Part shown: one piece after another, positions 9,383 through 18,975 of the stretch | Layout of the letters: each line of letters opens with the position of its first letter | Position numbering within the stretch: position 1 is the stretch's first letter | Origin: Bacteroidota bacterium | Lineage (GTDB): Bacteria > Bacteroidota > Ignavibacteria > UBA10030 | Assembly: GCA_050015675.1 (NCBI GenBank) | Contig: JBEKAY010000013.1 | Coordinates: forward strand, 2,734 to 66,733 | Direction: 5' to 3' | Length of the DNA stretch: 64,000 nt | Program-made: the position numbers and the translations under genes | Notes under the pieces: generated by a model | The model's database searches: none | What the model was told of the DNA's origin: nothing | What the model saw: the letters and a program-made list of their open reading frames with translations, nothing else

Positions 9383-10182
9383 AAGTGAAACGTAACAATT
9401 TGTATTGAAATAATCAACCAATAAATGGCTGATAATCATCCATACATTGGACGAATGCACATCCACGCCGGTTTCGCCAAATCACGGAAGAACTTAAAAT
9501 AAGGAGAGGCGTTATTTTAACTTGTTCTATGAGCCTAAAATAAGGATTTTAATTAAGTAGCAGGGGAAGAATATTCTCTTTTTTTCATTGGAATTCGCTC
9601 AATGGAGCTTCCACAACTAGGCTAAGTTCGGATGAGCTCCCTTTTATCCCGATGTGCGCTCCTCAGCATCCCGCTCTGTTTGCGGGACTTTTTATCGGGA
9701 CACCCGCTACTCGAGCGGCCGATTCTGAAAAGTTTCGGCATTTTTTTTCGTCACCCCTCAACGAACCCACGATTTTATACTTCCACGAATAATAAATCTT
9801 GGATCCCCCAAATAAAAATCTGATTCTCCGTGATGTTTTTCTCTCAGTAAACAACTGGAAGAACGATGTTTGGTTTTTATCATACAAGTTTAATGCGAGA
9901 CATCTCCTCTGCTATAAAGAATAATCGTCTTCACGTGAGTTTAAGAATCTCATCTATTTTTGAAAAGTTGAACAAAACACTGAGATTATAGTCAAAATTC
10001 AAAGTAATTTTATTTTTCCCCCCTGCTGGGAATAAATTTACACTTTGCTTTGTTATAATACATAATGAAATATTCTCATTTGGAGTTTGAGAATAAGTGC
10101 GACCGTATAGTTCATCATCTGATCAATTTTGATCTATAAGTATTATAACCAGGGGAGTATTACGCGTTACATTCAATGACTT

Positions 10183-11109
10183 ATGGATGACAATCATTCT
10201 ATACTATCTGATGATATCATAAAAACCATCGCTTATTTTAATGTGTTTAGGTATCCGCTCACAGACGAACAGATTTACCGATTCCTCCCGCGGAATTCCG
10301 TTACGAAAGAACAAGTTTCAGATATAGTAAAACGTTTAGTTGGAGACGGCATTCTTGATGAATATAACAATTATTATTTTCTGCGGTCTGAAGACAGGGG
10401 AATCGTCGCACAAAGAAATATTAATGAGAAGCGCGCGCATAAAATGATGAAATATGCGCGGTTTGTTTCCATGTTGTTAAAACAGTTTCCCTTTACTCGG
10501 GCTGTCTTTATCACAGGATCGCTCTCAAAAAATGTTGCCGCTGCAGATAGCGACATCGATTTTATGATCGTTACGGCTGAAGAGCGATTGTGGATCTGCA
10601 AAACATTTTTAACATTTTTCCGAAAAATTTTCCTCTTGGGAAGCCATAAATTTTTTTGTACCAATTTCTACATTTCTGAAAAAGAATATGCTCTCTCAGA
10701 GCGCAACATGTATTCTGCAATCGAATTGCTCACAACCAAAGTCATGTGGAATATTCCATCCTTTTTAGAATTTCAGCGGGCAAATTCATGGACAAAGGAT
10801 TTTCTCCCAAACTGTACGCCCTCTATCGATTCGACCGTTGTGTTGTCGCCGTCGCGTTCATTGTTCCAGCGACTCATTGAAAGGGTCTTGAATCTCTTCC
10901 CGCTGGAAGCAATGAACCAGTTCCTGATGAACCGCTATAGACGCCATTGGAATAAGTTCTATAATGATCTTGCTGAAGAAAAACGAGCGAAATCTTTTCT
11001 CACTTCGCCGAATGTTTCAACCGTATGGAAAATCGACTATCATGGGATTATCATGAATAAATGCAACGACAAACTATCCGAAATCGGATTGAAAGATCTG
11101 TATGATTGA
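10183..11109 (+). CDS. Pol-beta superfamily nucleotidyltransferase domain protein
   Basis: 308 aa; hG[GS]-x10-DhD motif (ITGSLSKNVAAADSDIDFMIV); first gene of a six-gene overlapping cassette. Confidence 0.5.
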   Translation: MDDNHSILSDDIIKTIAYFNVFRYPLTDEQIYRFLPRNSVTKEQVSDIVKRLVGDGILDEYNNYYFLRSEDRGIVAQRNINEKRAHKMMKYARFVSMLLKQFPFTRAVFITGSLSKNVAAADSDIDFMIVTAEERLWICKTFLTFFRKIFLLGSHKFFCTNFYISEKEYALSERNMYSAIELLTTKVMWNIPSFLEFQRANSWTKDFLPNCTPSIDSTVVLSPSRSLFQRLIERVLNLFPLEAMNQFLMNRYRRHWNKFYNDLAEEKRAKSFLTSPNVSTVWKIDYHGIIMNKCNDKLSEIGLKDLYD

Positions 11110-12565
11110 TGTTCTCATGGCCCATTCCTTTTTCATGCATTTCGATCCAAAGCAACTGCGAGCAATGATGCCGTACCCGCCACTGGGAACATTGTACGCC
11201 GCGAGCTTTTTGGAAAAAGACGGAATATCGGTGCGCCTTTTCGATGCCATGCTTGCACGGAGTGAAAACGATATCCGTGCGTCTCTTGAAGAGCATCATC
11301 CCTCGATCGTCGCTTTTTATGACGATGACTTCAACTACCTAAATAAAATGTGCTTAAGCAGAATGCGCGAAGCGACTTTTGCGATGACTGCAATAGCAAA
11401 GGAATATGGAGCATTTGTCATTATTCATAGTTCGGATGCAGCAGACCATGCAAAAGCGTATCTGGACCATAGCGCCAATGTGATTGTCATCGGCGAAGGG
11501 GAACAAACGCTTCGGGAACTGTGTCGAGCAGTTCTTCGGGAACACCGTTTCGATTTCTCTGCCATTGGTGGAGTGGCCTTCAAGAAGAACGGAACGACGA
11601 CTCATTCTCCGCGACGAATCGTGTTAAAGAATCTAGATGATCTGCCGTTTCCTGCATGGCATTTTGTAGATGTTGAAAAGTACAAAGCTTCATGGAAACG
11701 CAAGCATGGATTCTATTCGGTCAACATGGTCACGACTCGCGGATGTCCGTTCCATTGTAACTGGTGCGCAAAACCGATTTATGGCCAGGTCTATAATTCA
11801 CGATCACCGCAGAATGTTGTCGAAGAAATAAAACTCCTCCAACAGACAATCCGACCGGATCATATCTGGTTTGCGGACGATATTTTCGGCTTGAAGCCCG
11901 GATGGATTCAAGCGTTTGCCTCGCTCATCGAAAAAGAGAACATTTCAATTCGGTATAAAATTCAGTCGCGTGTCGACTTGTTGCTGGAACCCGACACCGT
12001 TCGAGCATTGGCGAGATCAGGCTGCAGCGAAGTGTGGGTTGGCGCCGAATCTGGTTCGCAAAAAATATTAGATGCTATGGATAAGGGAACGAAAGTCGCC
12101 CAAATTTATGAAGCGCGCAGATTGTTGCAACAATATGGCATCAAGACTGCCTTCTTTCTGCAATTCGGTTATCTCGGAGAGCAGCAGGAGGACATCAATG
12201 CCACAATTCGTATGGTGAAAGATCTTATGCCCGATGATATCGGCATTTCCGTTTCCTATCCATTGCCGGGCACAAAGTTCTTTGAGAAAGTAAAAATGGA
12301 TATGAAAGAAAAACAAAATTGGATAGACTCCGACGACCTTGCGATGATGTATCGAAGCACTTTTTCTCCGGTGTACTACAAGCAACTGCATCGTTATGTG
12401 CATAAAGTATTCCGCCTACGCAAGGGATTATTGATGTTGTGGCACCTCATCTCCCGCAAAGCAACATTCGGATGGATTGAGATACGTCAAGTGATATTGA
12501 TTTTTTATTATGGACCGGGTAGCATTATTGATCGATGTAAACTACTCTATTACCAAACAGCATGA
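11102..12565 (+). CDS. B12-binding (class B) radical SAM enzyme
   Basis: N-terminal cobalamin-binding-like domain, then CxxxCxxC (GCPFHCNWC) radical SAM core; overlaps the upstream gene by 8 nt. Confidence 0.8.
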   Translation: MIDVLMAHSFFMHFDPKQLRAMMPYPPLGTLYAASFLEKDGISVRLFDAMLARSENDIRASLEEHHPSIVAFYDDDFNYLNKMCLSRMREATFAMTAIAKEYGAFVIIHSSDAADHAKAYLDHSANVIVIGEGEQTLRELCRAVLREHRFDFSAIGGVAFKKNGTTTHSPRRIVLKNLDDLPFPAWHFVDVEKYKASWKRKHGFYSVNMVTTRGCPFHCNWCAKPIYGQVYNSRSPQNVVEEIKLLQQTIRPDHIWFADDIFGLKPGWIQAFASLIEKENISIRYKIQSRVDLLLEPDTVRALARSGCSEVWVGAESGSQKILDAMDKGTKVAQIYEARRLLQQYGIKTAFFLQFGYLGEQQEDINATIRMVKDLMPDDIGISVSYPLPGTKFFEKVKMDMKEKQNWIDSDDLAMMYRSTFSPVYYKQLHRYVHKVFRLRKGLLMLWHLISRKATFGWIEIRQVILIFYYGPGSIIDRCKLLYYQTA

Positions 12566-13386
12566 CGACGGTAGCTACAGAAAGAGAATCTAATATTGAA
12601 CTGACGAGCGCAGCGTTTTCGGCGCAGGCGGCACATTTTGATACTGATGAGGAATCCAATCGCATTTTGAAATGGATGCGGGAACAAGTCTATCGACATG
12701 AAGAAGAATTTCTGCTGCCGCACAGCAATATTTTAGAACTCAACGCAGGAACCGGCATCGACGCTATTCATTTTGCCCGGATGGGACATTCTGTCTTTGC
12801 CATCGATAACGCACCGGGTATGATACATCAATTACAGAATAAAATTTCAACCTATCACTTTGAAGATCGAATTAGATCTGCTCTGTGTTCGTTTACACAA
12901 TTGCAGACATTGCCGGTAGAACAATTCGATCATGTCTTTTCAAATTTCGGCGGTTTGAATTGCATCCCAAATTTACAGGAGGTTATATCTCAGCTTCCCA
13001 GATTATTAAAGCCAGGCGCGACAATCACCTTTGTCATAATGCCGCGGATCTGTCCATGGGAAATAGCGCAAGCCTTCAGGGGGAGAATACGATTAGCGTT
13101 TCGAAGGTTTCCACGAAACGGTACGTCTGCCCACATTGATGGACATAGATTCTTGTCGTACTATTATTCACCCTCACAAGTGATAAAGATGTTCGGCGCC
13201 AGATTTGTTCTTGCTCGGCTTCGTGGATTGGCATCATTTTCACCACCGCCGTATTATGATACTTTTCCTGTGAAACATCCACGTATATACGACTTGCTGA
13301 CCGGATTGGATGAAGGATATTCTACACTTCCGCCTTTAAACAGATGGGCGGATCATTTTATCATAACTATGAAATATCTACCGTGA
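12562..13386 (+). CDS. class I SAM-dependent methyltransferase
   Basis: Motif I LNAGTGIDAIHFARMG; ATGA overlap with the radical SAM gene. Confidence 0.7.
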   Translation: MTTVATERESNIELTSAAFSAQAAHFDTDEESNRILKWMREQVYRHEEEFLLPHSNILELNAGTGIDAIHFARMGHSVFAIDNAPGMIHQLQNKISTYHFEDRIRSALCSFTQLQTLPVEQFDHVFSNFGGLNCIPNLQEVISQLPRLLKPGATITFVIMPRICPWEIAQAFRGRIRLAFRRFPRNGTSAHIDGHRFLSYYYSPSQVIKMFGARFVLARLRGLASFSPPPYYDTFPVKHPRIYDLLTGLDEGYSTLPPLNRWADHFIITMKYLP

Positions 13387-14195
13387 AACAAATTCCTTTC
13401 TCTCAACAGTTTGTTGAATATTTTCGAGAAAAAAGATATATCCATGAAGCTAACCTTTGGTTGGCACAGTCCCCTGAATCGAATTTCTCGATTGAAGACA
13501 AGTATCATACACTTCGGGACAAAGAAGGATGGATATATTCGGATGCAATCGTTGAACAACTGCCCATCATCGCTCAGAGTGATCCCCATTATGCACAATG
13601 GCTTGTTCGAAAAAACTCATTTCATCGTTTCGTGCACTATCTTATCGCTCAACATCCTGGTAGTGCAGTATTAGATGTGGGGTGCGGCAGTGGGTGGATG
13701 GCAAATGGACTTTCAAAAAAGGGTTTTCAAGTATATGCAATCGACCTCAATTATCATGAATTGCAGCAGGCAGCGCGTATCTTTGGTGAGACAACAAATG
13801 TGACCTGGCTCTATGGAGATATATTATCAGATGTTTTACCTCATGACTCAATGGACTATGTTGTCATGGCGAGTTCGCTGCAATACTTTGTCAATATTTC
13901 ACCATTGATGGAATCGTTATTCCGGATACTTCGTGATGCCGGCGAGATTCATATTATCGATACACCGTTTTACTCGGCCAACAAAAAGGACAAGGCCGCT
14001 CAGCGATCAAGAGCGTACTATGCAAGTATCGGGTGTCCCGATTTTGCAAATCATTATTTTTATAGAACCTATGATGAGCTTCGCGACTATTCCTTCCGTG
14101 TGCAGTATCATCCTAAACGAGTGATGAACAAAGTAAGTAATTTTCTCGGGCAGGGAGGATCTCCATTTCCATGGATTATTATTCAAAAGTCGTGA
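13344..14195 (+). CDS. class I SAM-dependent methyltransferase
   Basis: Motif I LDVGCGSGWMANGL; acidic motif II AIDLN. Confidence 0.7.
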   Translation: MGGSFYHNYEISTVKQIPFSQQFVEYFREKRYIHEANLWLAQSPESNFSIEDKYHTLRDKEGWIYSDAIVEQLPIIAQSDPHYAQWLVRKNSFHRFVHYLIAQHPGSAVLDVGCGSGWMANGLSKKGFQVYAIDLNYHELQQAARIFGETTNVTWLYGDILSDVLPHDSMDYVVMASSLQYFVNISPLMESLFRILRDAGEIHIIDTPFYSANKKDKAAQRSRAYYASIGCPDFANHYFYRTYDELRDYSFRVQYHPKRVMNKVSNFLGQGGSPFPWIIIQKS

Positions 14196-15988
14196 CACGC
14201 CAACTTCGGATGCTGAAAGATTCTTTCAAAAAAGTAGCTCACCTTCTAAGCAAAAAACAGAAGAGAACGTATACCATCTCAATAATATTTATGTTTCTCA
14301 GTTCCCTGCTTGAGCTTTTTACTATCGGCCTTCTTGTTCCCTTTCTCGGAATGATTATCTCTCCTGCATCATGGATGCACTACACTTGGATCGCATCGTT
14401 TCTTTCCCCATTTAGATCCTTATCTTTTCCCGATCTCATTCTTATTTTGGGAATAGTTCTATTTTCATTGTTCATCGTCAAGAATGGTATAAGTTATTTT
14501 TTATATTCGTATTACAATCGATTTGTCTATTCATTAGCGACAGAGTTGGCAGAGAATAAATTGCGCCACTATTATTCACTTCCATTTCTCGATTACCAAA
14601 AAAGCAACACAGCGGAAATACTTCGGGAAATCTCTTCCCTTCCGATTGAGTTCGCCCATCATATCATCCTGGGAAGCATGATTATTCTCTCAGAATCGAT
14701 GGTACTGACCTTGTTTGCGGCAGGAATGGTAGTGCTTCAATTCCGAATGTTTTTAATGATGATATCCATACTGCTTCCGTTTGTATTCTTGGCATGGTAT
14801 GCCAGCGGCCGGTTTTTGAGAAAAGCGAAAGAGACTATTCAGCAAAAAAGTCCAGAGAATTTCAGCACCCTTTCTGACGCATTGTTCGTTTTTCAGGAAA
14901 CAAAATTATACAACAAAGAAAAATATTTCTCCGACCGATATGTTATTGGGCAGCGTGATCTCAATCTTCAATTGGGAAAACTTAATGCCGCAAATGCTAT
15001 CCCGAGCAAGTTATCGGAAATATTTGCAATTGCCGGAATTCTGCTCATACTCTTCTTCTATTATTCGTTCGAAGGACAATTAACAATATCCGTCGTGTCC
15101 CTCCTGACAATGTTTGTTGCATTCGCATATCGGGCTATTCCCTCCATTAATAAAATTCTAAATGCGGCGGTACATATGCGCACGTATTCTTTCACGATAG
15201 ACGCCATGCCGACCGCTCAAGGTGCAGATATACAAATATCACAACCAGATGATGGGCTTTATTCTCCACTGCAGTTTATAAAGGCAATTGATTTACGCCA
15301 TATCACATTTTCATATCCACAAAGAAGAAAAGCTGTCCTCGACAACCTTACATTGCATATTGCAAAAGGAGAAATTATCGGACTTGTCGGACACTCAGGA
15401 TCGGGAAAAACCACGTTGATGAGAGTCCTTGTCCAATTGATCAAGCAATATTCGGGCACTTTGATGCTTGACGGCAATGAGCTTCACCCCGCTGACATTC
15501 ATTCTTGGAATCGACTCTTCGCCTACGTGACACAGGACTCTTTTATACTTTCTGATACAGTTGAAGCAAATATTGCATTTGGAATACCGAAATTCTCAAT
15601 CGATACTGAAAGAGTCCATGAAGTGCTGCAAAGAGTTGGACTTGCGGATTTTGTGAGTAAACTTCCCGATGGTATTTATACCCGTGTGGGAGAACATGGA
15701 AAAAATATTTCAGGAGGACAGAAACAACGTTTCATTATTGCGCGTGCATTATATCGTAATGCCGAAATATTCATCTTTGATGAAGCTATGAGTGCGGTGG
15801 ATTCTGTTTCTGTTCAAGAAGTGTTGAGAACACTTTCATCACTTCATCGTGAAGGAAAAACGATCATCATCGTTTCACATCACCAAAATTCGGTGTCACT
15901 GTGTACCAAGATCTATTCGTTAAAACAAGGAAAACTTCAGGTAATCCCACACCCACACACAACAAAAAAACGAGGAATAATGAAATGA
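14171..15988 (+). CDS. ABC transporter, fused permease/ATP-binding exporter (MsbA-like type I exporter)
   Basis: Six predicted N-terminal TM segments; Walker A GHSGSGKTT; signature ISGGQKQR; Walker B IFIFDEAMSAVD. Confidence 0.85.
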   Translation: MDYYSKVVTRQLRMLKDSFKKVAHLLSKKQKRTYTISIIFMFLSSLLELFTIGLLVPFLGMIISPASWMHYTWIASFLSPFRSLSFPDLILILGIVLFSLFIVKNGISYFLYSYYNRFVYSLATELAENKLRHYYSLPFLDYQKSNTAEILREISSLPIEFAHHIILGSMIILSESMVLTLFAAGMVVLQFRMFLMMISILLPFVFLAWYASGRFLRKAKETIQQKSPENFSTLSDALFVFQETKLYNKEKYFSDRYVIGQRDLNLQLGKLNAANAIPSKLSEIFAIAGILLILFFYYSFEGQLTISVVSLLTMFVAFAYRAIPSINKILNAAVHMRTYSFTIDAMPTAQGADIQISQPDDGLYSPLQFIKAIDLRHITFSYPQRRKAVLDNLTLHIAKGEIIGLVGHSGSGKTTLMRVLVQLIKQYSGTLMLDGNELHPADIHSWNRLFAYVTQDSFILSDTVEANIAFGIPKFSIDTERVHEVLQRVGLADFVSKLPDGIYTRVGEHGKNISGGQKQRFIIARALYRNAEIFIFDEAMSAVDSVSVQEVLRTLSSLHREGKTIIIVSHHQNSVSLCTKIYSLKQGKLQVIPHPHTTKKRGIMK

Positions 15989-16557
15989 ATCCGTTATTGC
16001 TTTTGTATTGTCTGGTCGTGACGCTCGTATCTTTGGCCCTCATTCTCGCTTATACGAAGTTTCATCGATTCAAACGAAAGGTTGCTCTGCACGAAGATCA
16101 TTTCTCTCGATTAATTGAAATTGCGAAACAATCACTCAAATCACTCGATGTACCTATTGGCACCATCCTTCTCTACAAAGATAAGATTATCGGAGAAGGA
16201 TACAATACGGTTCTTCGCAATGCAAAAGCAGGTGAACATGCGGAAATAAACGCCATATCTGATGCAATGAGCAAGATGGGAATAGAAACTTTTTTTTCAC
16301 TGGAGAGGGATTCACTAGTGCTGGTTTCGACATTTGAACCGTGCGTGATGTGTGTGGGAGCTTTCATCAATTATAATATTCAACATGTGTACTTTCTCAC
16401 AGAAAAGGAATTTTTATATACCGGAAAAGAACAAGCTCTCTTCCTCCGTTATCTCTTTCGGCGTAAACAAGTTAAACATTGCAATGAACAAGATTCATTG
16501 TTCGAAGAACATCCTGGCTATCCACATAAAATAATTGGAATCCCTATCGAAAGATAA
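15985..16557 (+). CDS. membrane-anchored CDA-fold nucleoside/nucleotide deaminase (TadA/guanine deaminase-like)
   Basis: N-terminal hydrophobic helix (MNPLLLLYCLVVTLVSLALILAY); zinc-binding HAE (HAEINAI) and PCxxC (PCVMCVGA) motifs; ATGA overlap with the ABC gene stop. Confidence 0.7.
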   Translation: MNPLLLLYCLVVTLVSLALILAYTKFHRFKRKVALHEDHFSRLIEIAKQSLKSLDVPIGTILLYKDKIIGEGYNTVLRNAKAGEHAEINAISDAMSKMGIETFFSLERDSLVLVSTFEPCVMCVGAFINYNIQHVYFLTEKEFLYTGKEQALFLRYLFRRKQVKHCNEQDSLFEEHPGYPHKIIGIPIER

Positions 16558-16588
16558 GGGATTGAAAAAAGTATAGCGTTTTGATTAA

Positions 16589-17719
16589 TCATTGGCGCTC
16601 GTTCTGTTCTCTTATTTCGTTATACAATTTTCTATGTTTGAAACAAGTCCACTCACCGTTATGCACTTCTGCAAATGATCTATTTCGTAATCGAATGTCC
16701 GGGAGGTATTCTGGATGCTCGAGCAAGCGTTCAATTTTCTTCACTAATCCTTCTGCGTCTTCCGGCGAAACCATAACGTTTTCGTCGCCGACATCTGCGA
16801 GTAATCCTACTTTTGTTCCGACCACAACGACACCGGACGCAAAAGCCTCCATGACAACGACCGCCTCTCCTTCGTATCGAGACGTCAAGAGAAGAAAATC
16901 TGAGTTATGTAATTCGGCGGGTATTTTTTCGTAAGGTATTTTTCCTTTCCACAGAATTTTATCATCGACTCCAAGATCACGTGCATATTTTAGAACTAAA
17001 CCATTCAGTATGTCTAAGCCGATAATCGTAAGCCTGCAATTGATTATTCGGCTAAGAAGAGAAAATGCTTTCACCAATGTAAATGGATCCTTTACTCTAT
17101 TTATATTACCGATAAAAATGAACTGGAGAGGCTCGACAAGTGCGCGCGGATGATATGTAAAGATTGATGGATCGACTCCAAAAGGAATCACCGACAAATG
17201 TTGAGGCGAAATTCCATGCGCATCCAGCAGGTTTTTTTGATACTGCGTGAGCACGACGACGTGATCGGCGTTTTGGATACACCATCGAACCATCATCTTT
17301 TTAACGGGATGAGACATACTACCATACCGAATCGACGGCAAATACACAATGTCACCTCCCGGCAAGCTGACAATACTAGGAATATGCAATATCTTCCCGG
17401 TTATGACAGCTACGAGCCCTTGATTAAATATCCAGAAACCATGGACAGCACTGAATTTTGCTTCTCTGTTATCTGCTCTTATCCGCCAGAGAAAATATAT
17501 GAATTTAAGAAGTTTATTCTTTTCCAATATCTTTGGCGGAAAAACGAAGGAACACTGACGCGACAATAATATTGGATGCGGAGTGTGTTGCGAAAAGGAG
17601 TAAATGCGAAGATGATAAAATTCACTTAAACGATACAGCAAATCAATGAGTGATGGAATATTATCGTTAATCTCAATACCACCAGGCACCACTATTACTA
17701 GATTCGATTTATTGTCCAT
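16589..17719 (-). CDS. glycosyltransferase family 4 (GT-B)
   Basis: C-terminal E-x7-E motif (EGEAVVVMEAFASG). Confidence 0.8.
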   Translation of the reverse strand: MDNKSNLVIVVPGGIEINDNIPSLIDLLYRLSEFYHLRIYSFSQHTPHPILLSRQCSFVFPPKILEKNKLLKFIYFLWRIRADNREAKFSAVHGFWIFNQGLVAVITGKILHIPSIVSLPGGDIVYLPSIRYGSMSHPVKKMMVRWCIQNADHVVVLTQYQKNLLDAHGISPQHLSVIPFGVDPSIFTYHPRALVEPLQFIFIGNINRVKDPFTLVKAFSLLSRIINCRLTIIGLDILNGLVLKYARDLGVDDKILWKGKIPYEKIPAELHNSDFLLLTSRYEGEAVVVMEAFASGVVVVGTKVGLLADVGDENVMVSPEDAEGLVKKIERLLEHPEYLPDIRLRNRSFAEVHNGEWTCFKHRKLYNEIREQNERQ

Positions 17720-17725
17720 GGAGAG

Positions 17726-18781
17726 CTATTCACTCTGACATTTTTTTTGCAATAACTCTCTTGCAATCTTGATGACGAAATCCGGTGTGTGACGTGTTAA
17801 GCAATGAACATCGCCAAAACGGCACAATGGCTGGGCGCATTCTCCGCAATCGAGATCAGACGAATCGAGACACACAGAAAACCCGCCTATCGGCTTCGAC
17901 CATATACTCTTCGTCGATCCGAACAGCGCAATGACAGGAATCTGAGATATCCATGCCATATGCATTAATCCGGAATCTTCTGTAAGAACCAAGTCTGCTT
18001 TTTGCAGAATATTAAATGCTTCCGCCTGTGTTGTCATGCCGACAAGCGAAATAAGGTTGTCGCCCAATCGGTTCTTCAGAAATTCTGCTTTTGCAAGAAT
18101 CGCATCTACACCGATCACAGCGAATTGAACATTGGTCTCAATAGTCTCCAGCCAGGTTCGAACAAACTGAATGTAATATTCCAGTGGCCAATTCTTTGTT
18201 ACGAAATTCCCCGCGGGATTTAAAACGAACAGTTTCTTTGCAGGATTGAAATTGGATGAGAATAGCTTGTTAAGTCCTATTTCGTTATCGCGAAGTTCAA
18301 GCTTGGGCAACGCATTCGGTAACGGTGCAAAACCGAGTTTATCGATTGTGATTTTTATCCGTTCACCAGCGGTATGCAAAGAGAACCGATCGTATTCACA
18401 AAAACTTCTTGGATGTAGCACCCTTCGAATCATCCGACTCAAAGGATTTCGCTGCAGGTCGAGCACTATATCATATCGCTCTCGCATCAATGATGGCAGA
18501 CTTCCGAAAGCATAGAACCATTGTTGTTTCGAATTTCTTCCGCCGCCAATCGTATATACTCGATCGAACAACTTCATATTGCACGGAAGTGGAGAAAACT
18601 CTCCCCGCGTTAAAAAATGAAATTGTGTCGATGGCAATATCGCTTGCAGTGCCTGCATATACGGTAAAGTGATAACCACATCACCGAAAGAGTGAAAGCG
18701 CATCACTAGAACCTTCTTCGGCGGCTTTGATAATATCCACGAACGATGCTCGAATGATTCGATGGTTGGAGGTGTTTTCAT
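17726..18781 (-). CDS. glycosyltransferase family 9 (heptosyltransferase-like)
   Basis: GT9 hallmark DSGLMHMAWISQIPVIALFG near the C-terminus. Confidence 0.8.
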   Translation of the reverse strand: MKTPPTIESFEHRSWILSKPPKKVLVMRFHSFGDVVITLPYMQALQAILPSTQFHFLTRGEFSPLPCNMKLFDRVYTIGGGRNSKQQWFYAFGSLPSLMRERYDIVLDLQRNPLSRMIRRVLHPRSFCEYDRFSLHTAGERIKITIDKLGFAPLPNALPKLELRDNEIGLNKLFSSNFNPAKKLFVLNPAGNFVTKNWPLEYYIQFVRTWLETIETNVQFAVIGVDAILAKAEFLKNRLGDNLISLVGMTTQAEAFNILQKADLVLTEDSGLMHMAWISQIPVIALFGSTKSIWSKPIGGFSVCLDSSDLDCGECAQPLCRFGDVHCLTRHTPDFVIKIARELLQKKCQSE

Positions 18782-18975
18782 GGGTTTTTTAAATTGATAT
18801 GAACAAAGAACATGTTTTCTTCCTTAAATAACGTTCCAGTCCATAGCACCTTATTCATTCAATTGCGTCACCCCTTTCAAAAACGATCCAGTACTATAGT
18901 AGGGAAAAATATAATTTGGATCAAAGGAGATAACTAATTGCCGGAAAAGATATAAAGCAGATGAAAAATTTCGTT

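Noticed and set aside
32-9641. 17-mer AGTTCGGATGAG(Y)TCCC at 32-48 and 9625-9641 as possible att-like direct repeats bounding the R-M island
   Set aside because: 16/17 identity with a 12-nt exact core is expected by chance many times in a 64-kb window on both strands. The similar downstream hairpins (CCCGC-N7-GCGGG) are too short to be decisive. Retained only as context.
9467-10182. 716-bp intergenic region as a hiding place for a small gene or RiPP precursor
   Set aside because: Only short ORFs (9632-9823 plus, 9663-9887 minus) with no coupling to the downstream cassette and no Cys/Ser/Thr-rich core were found. It is more plausibly a divergent promoter region with terminator-like hairpins (9680-9710, 9716-9750).
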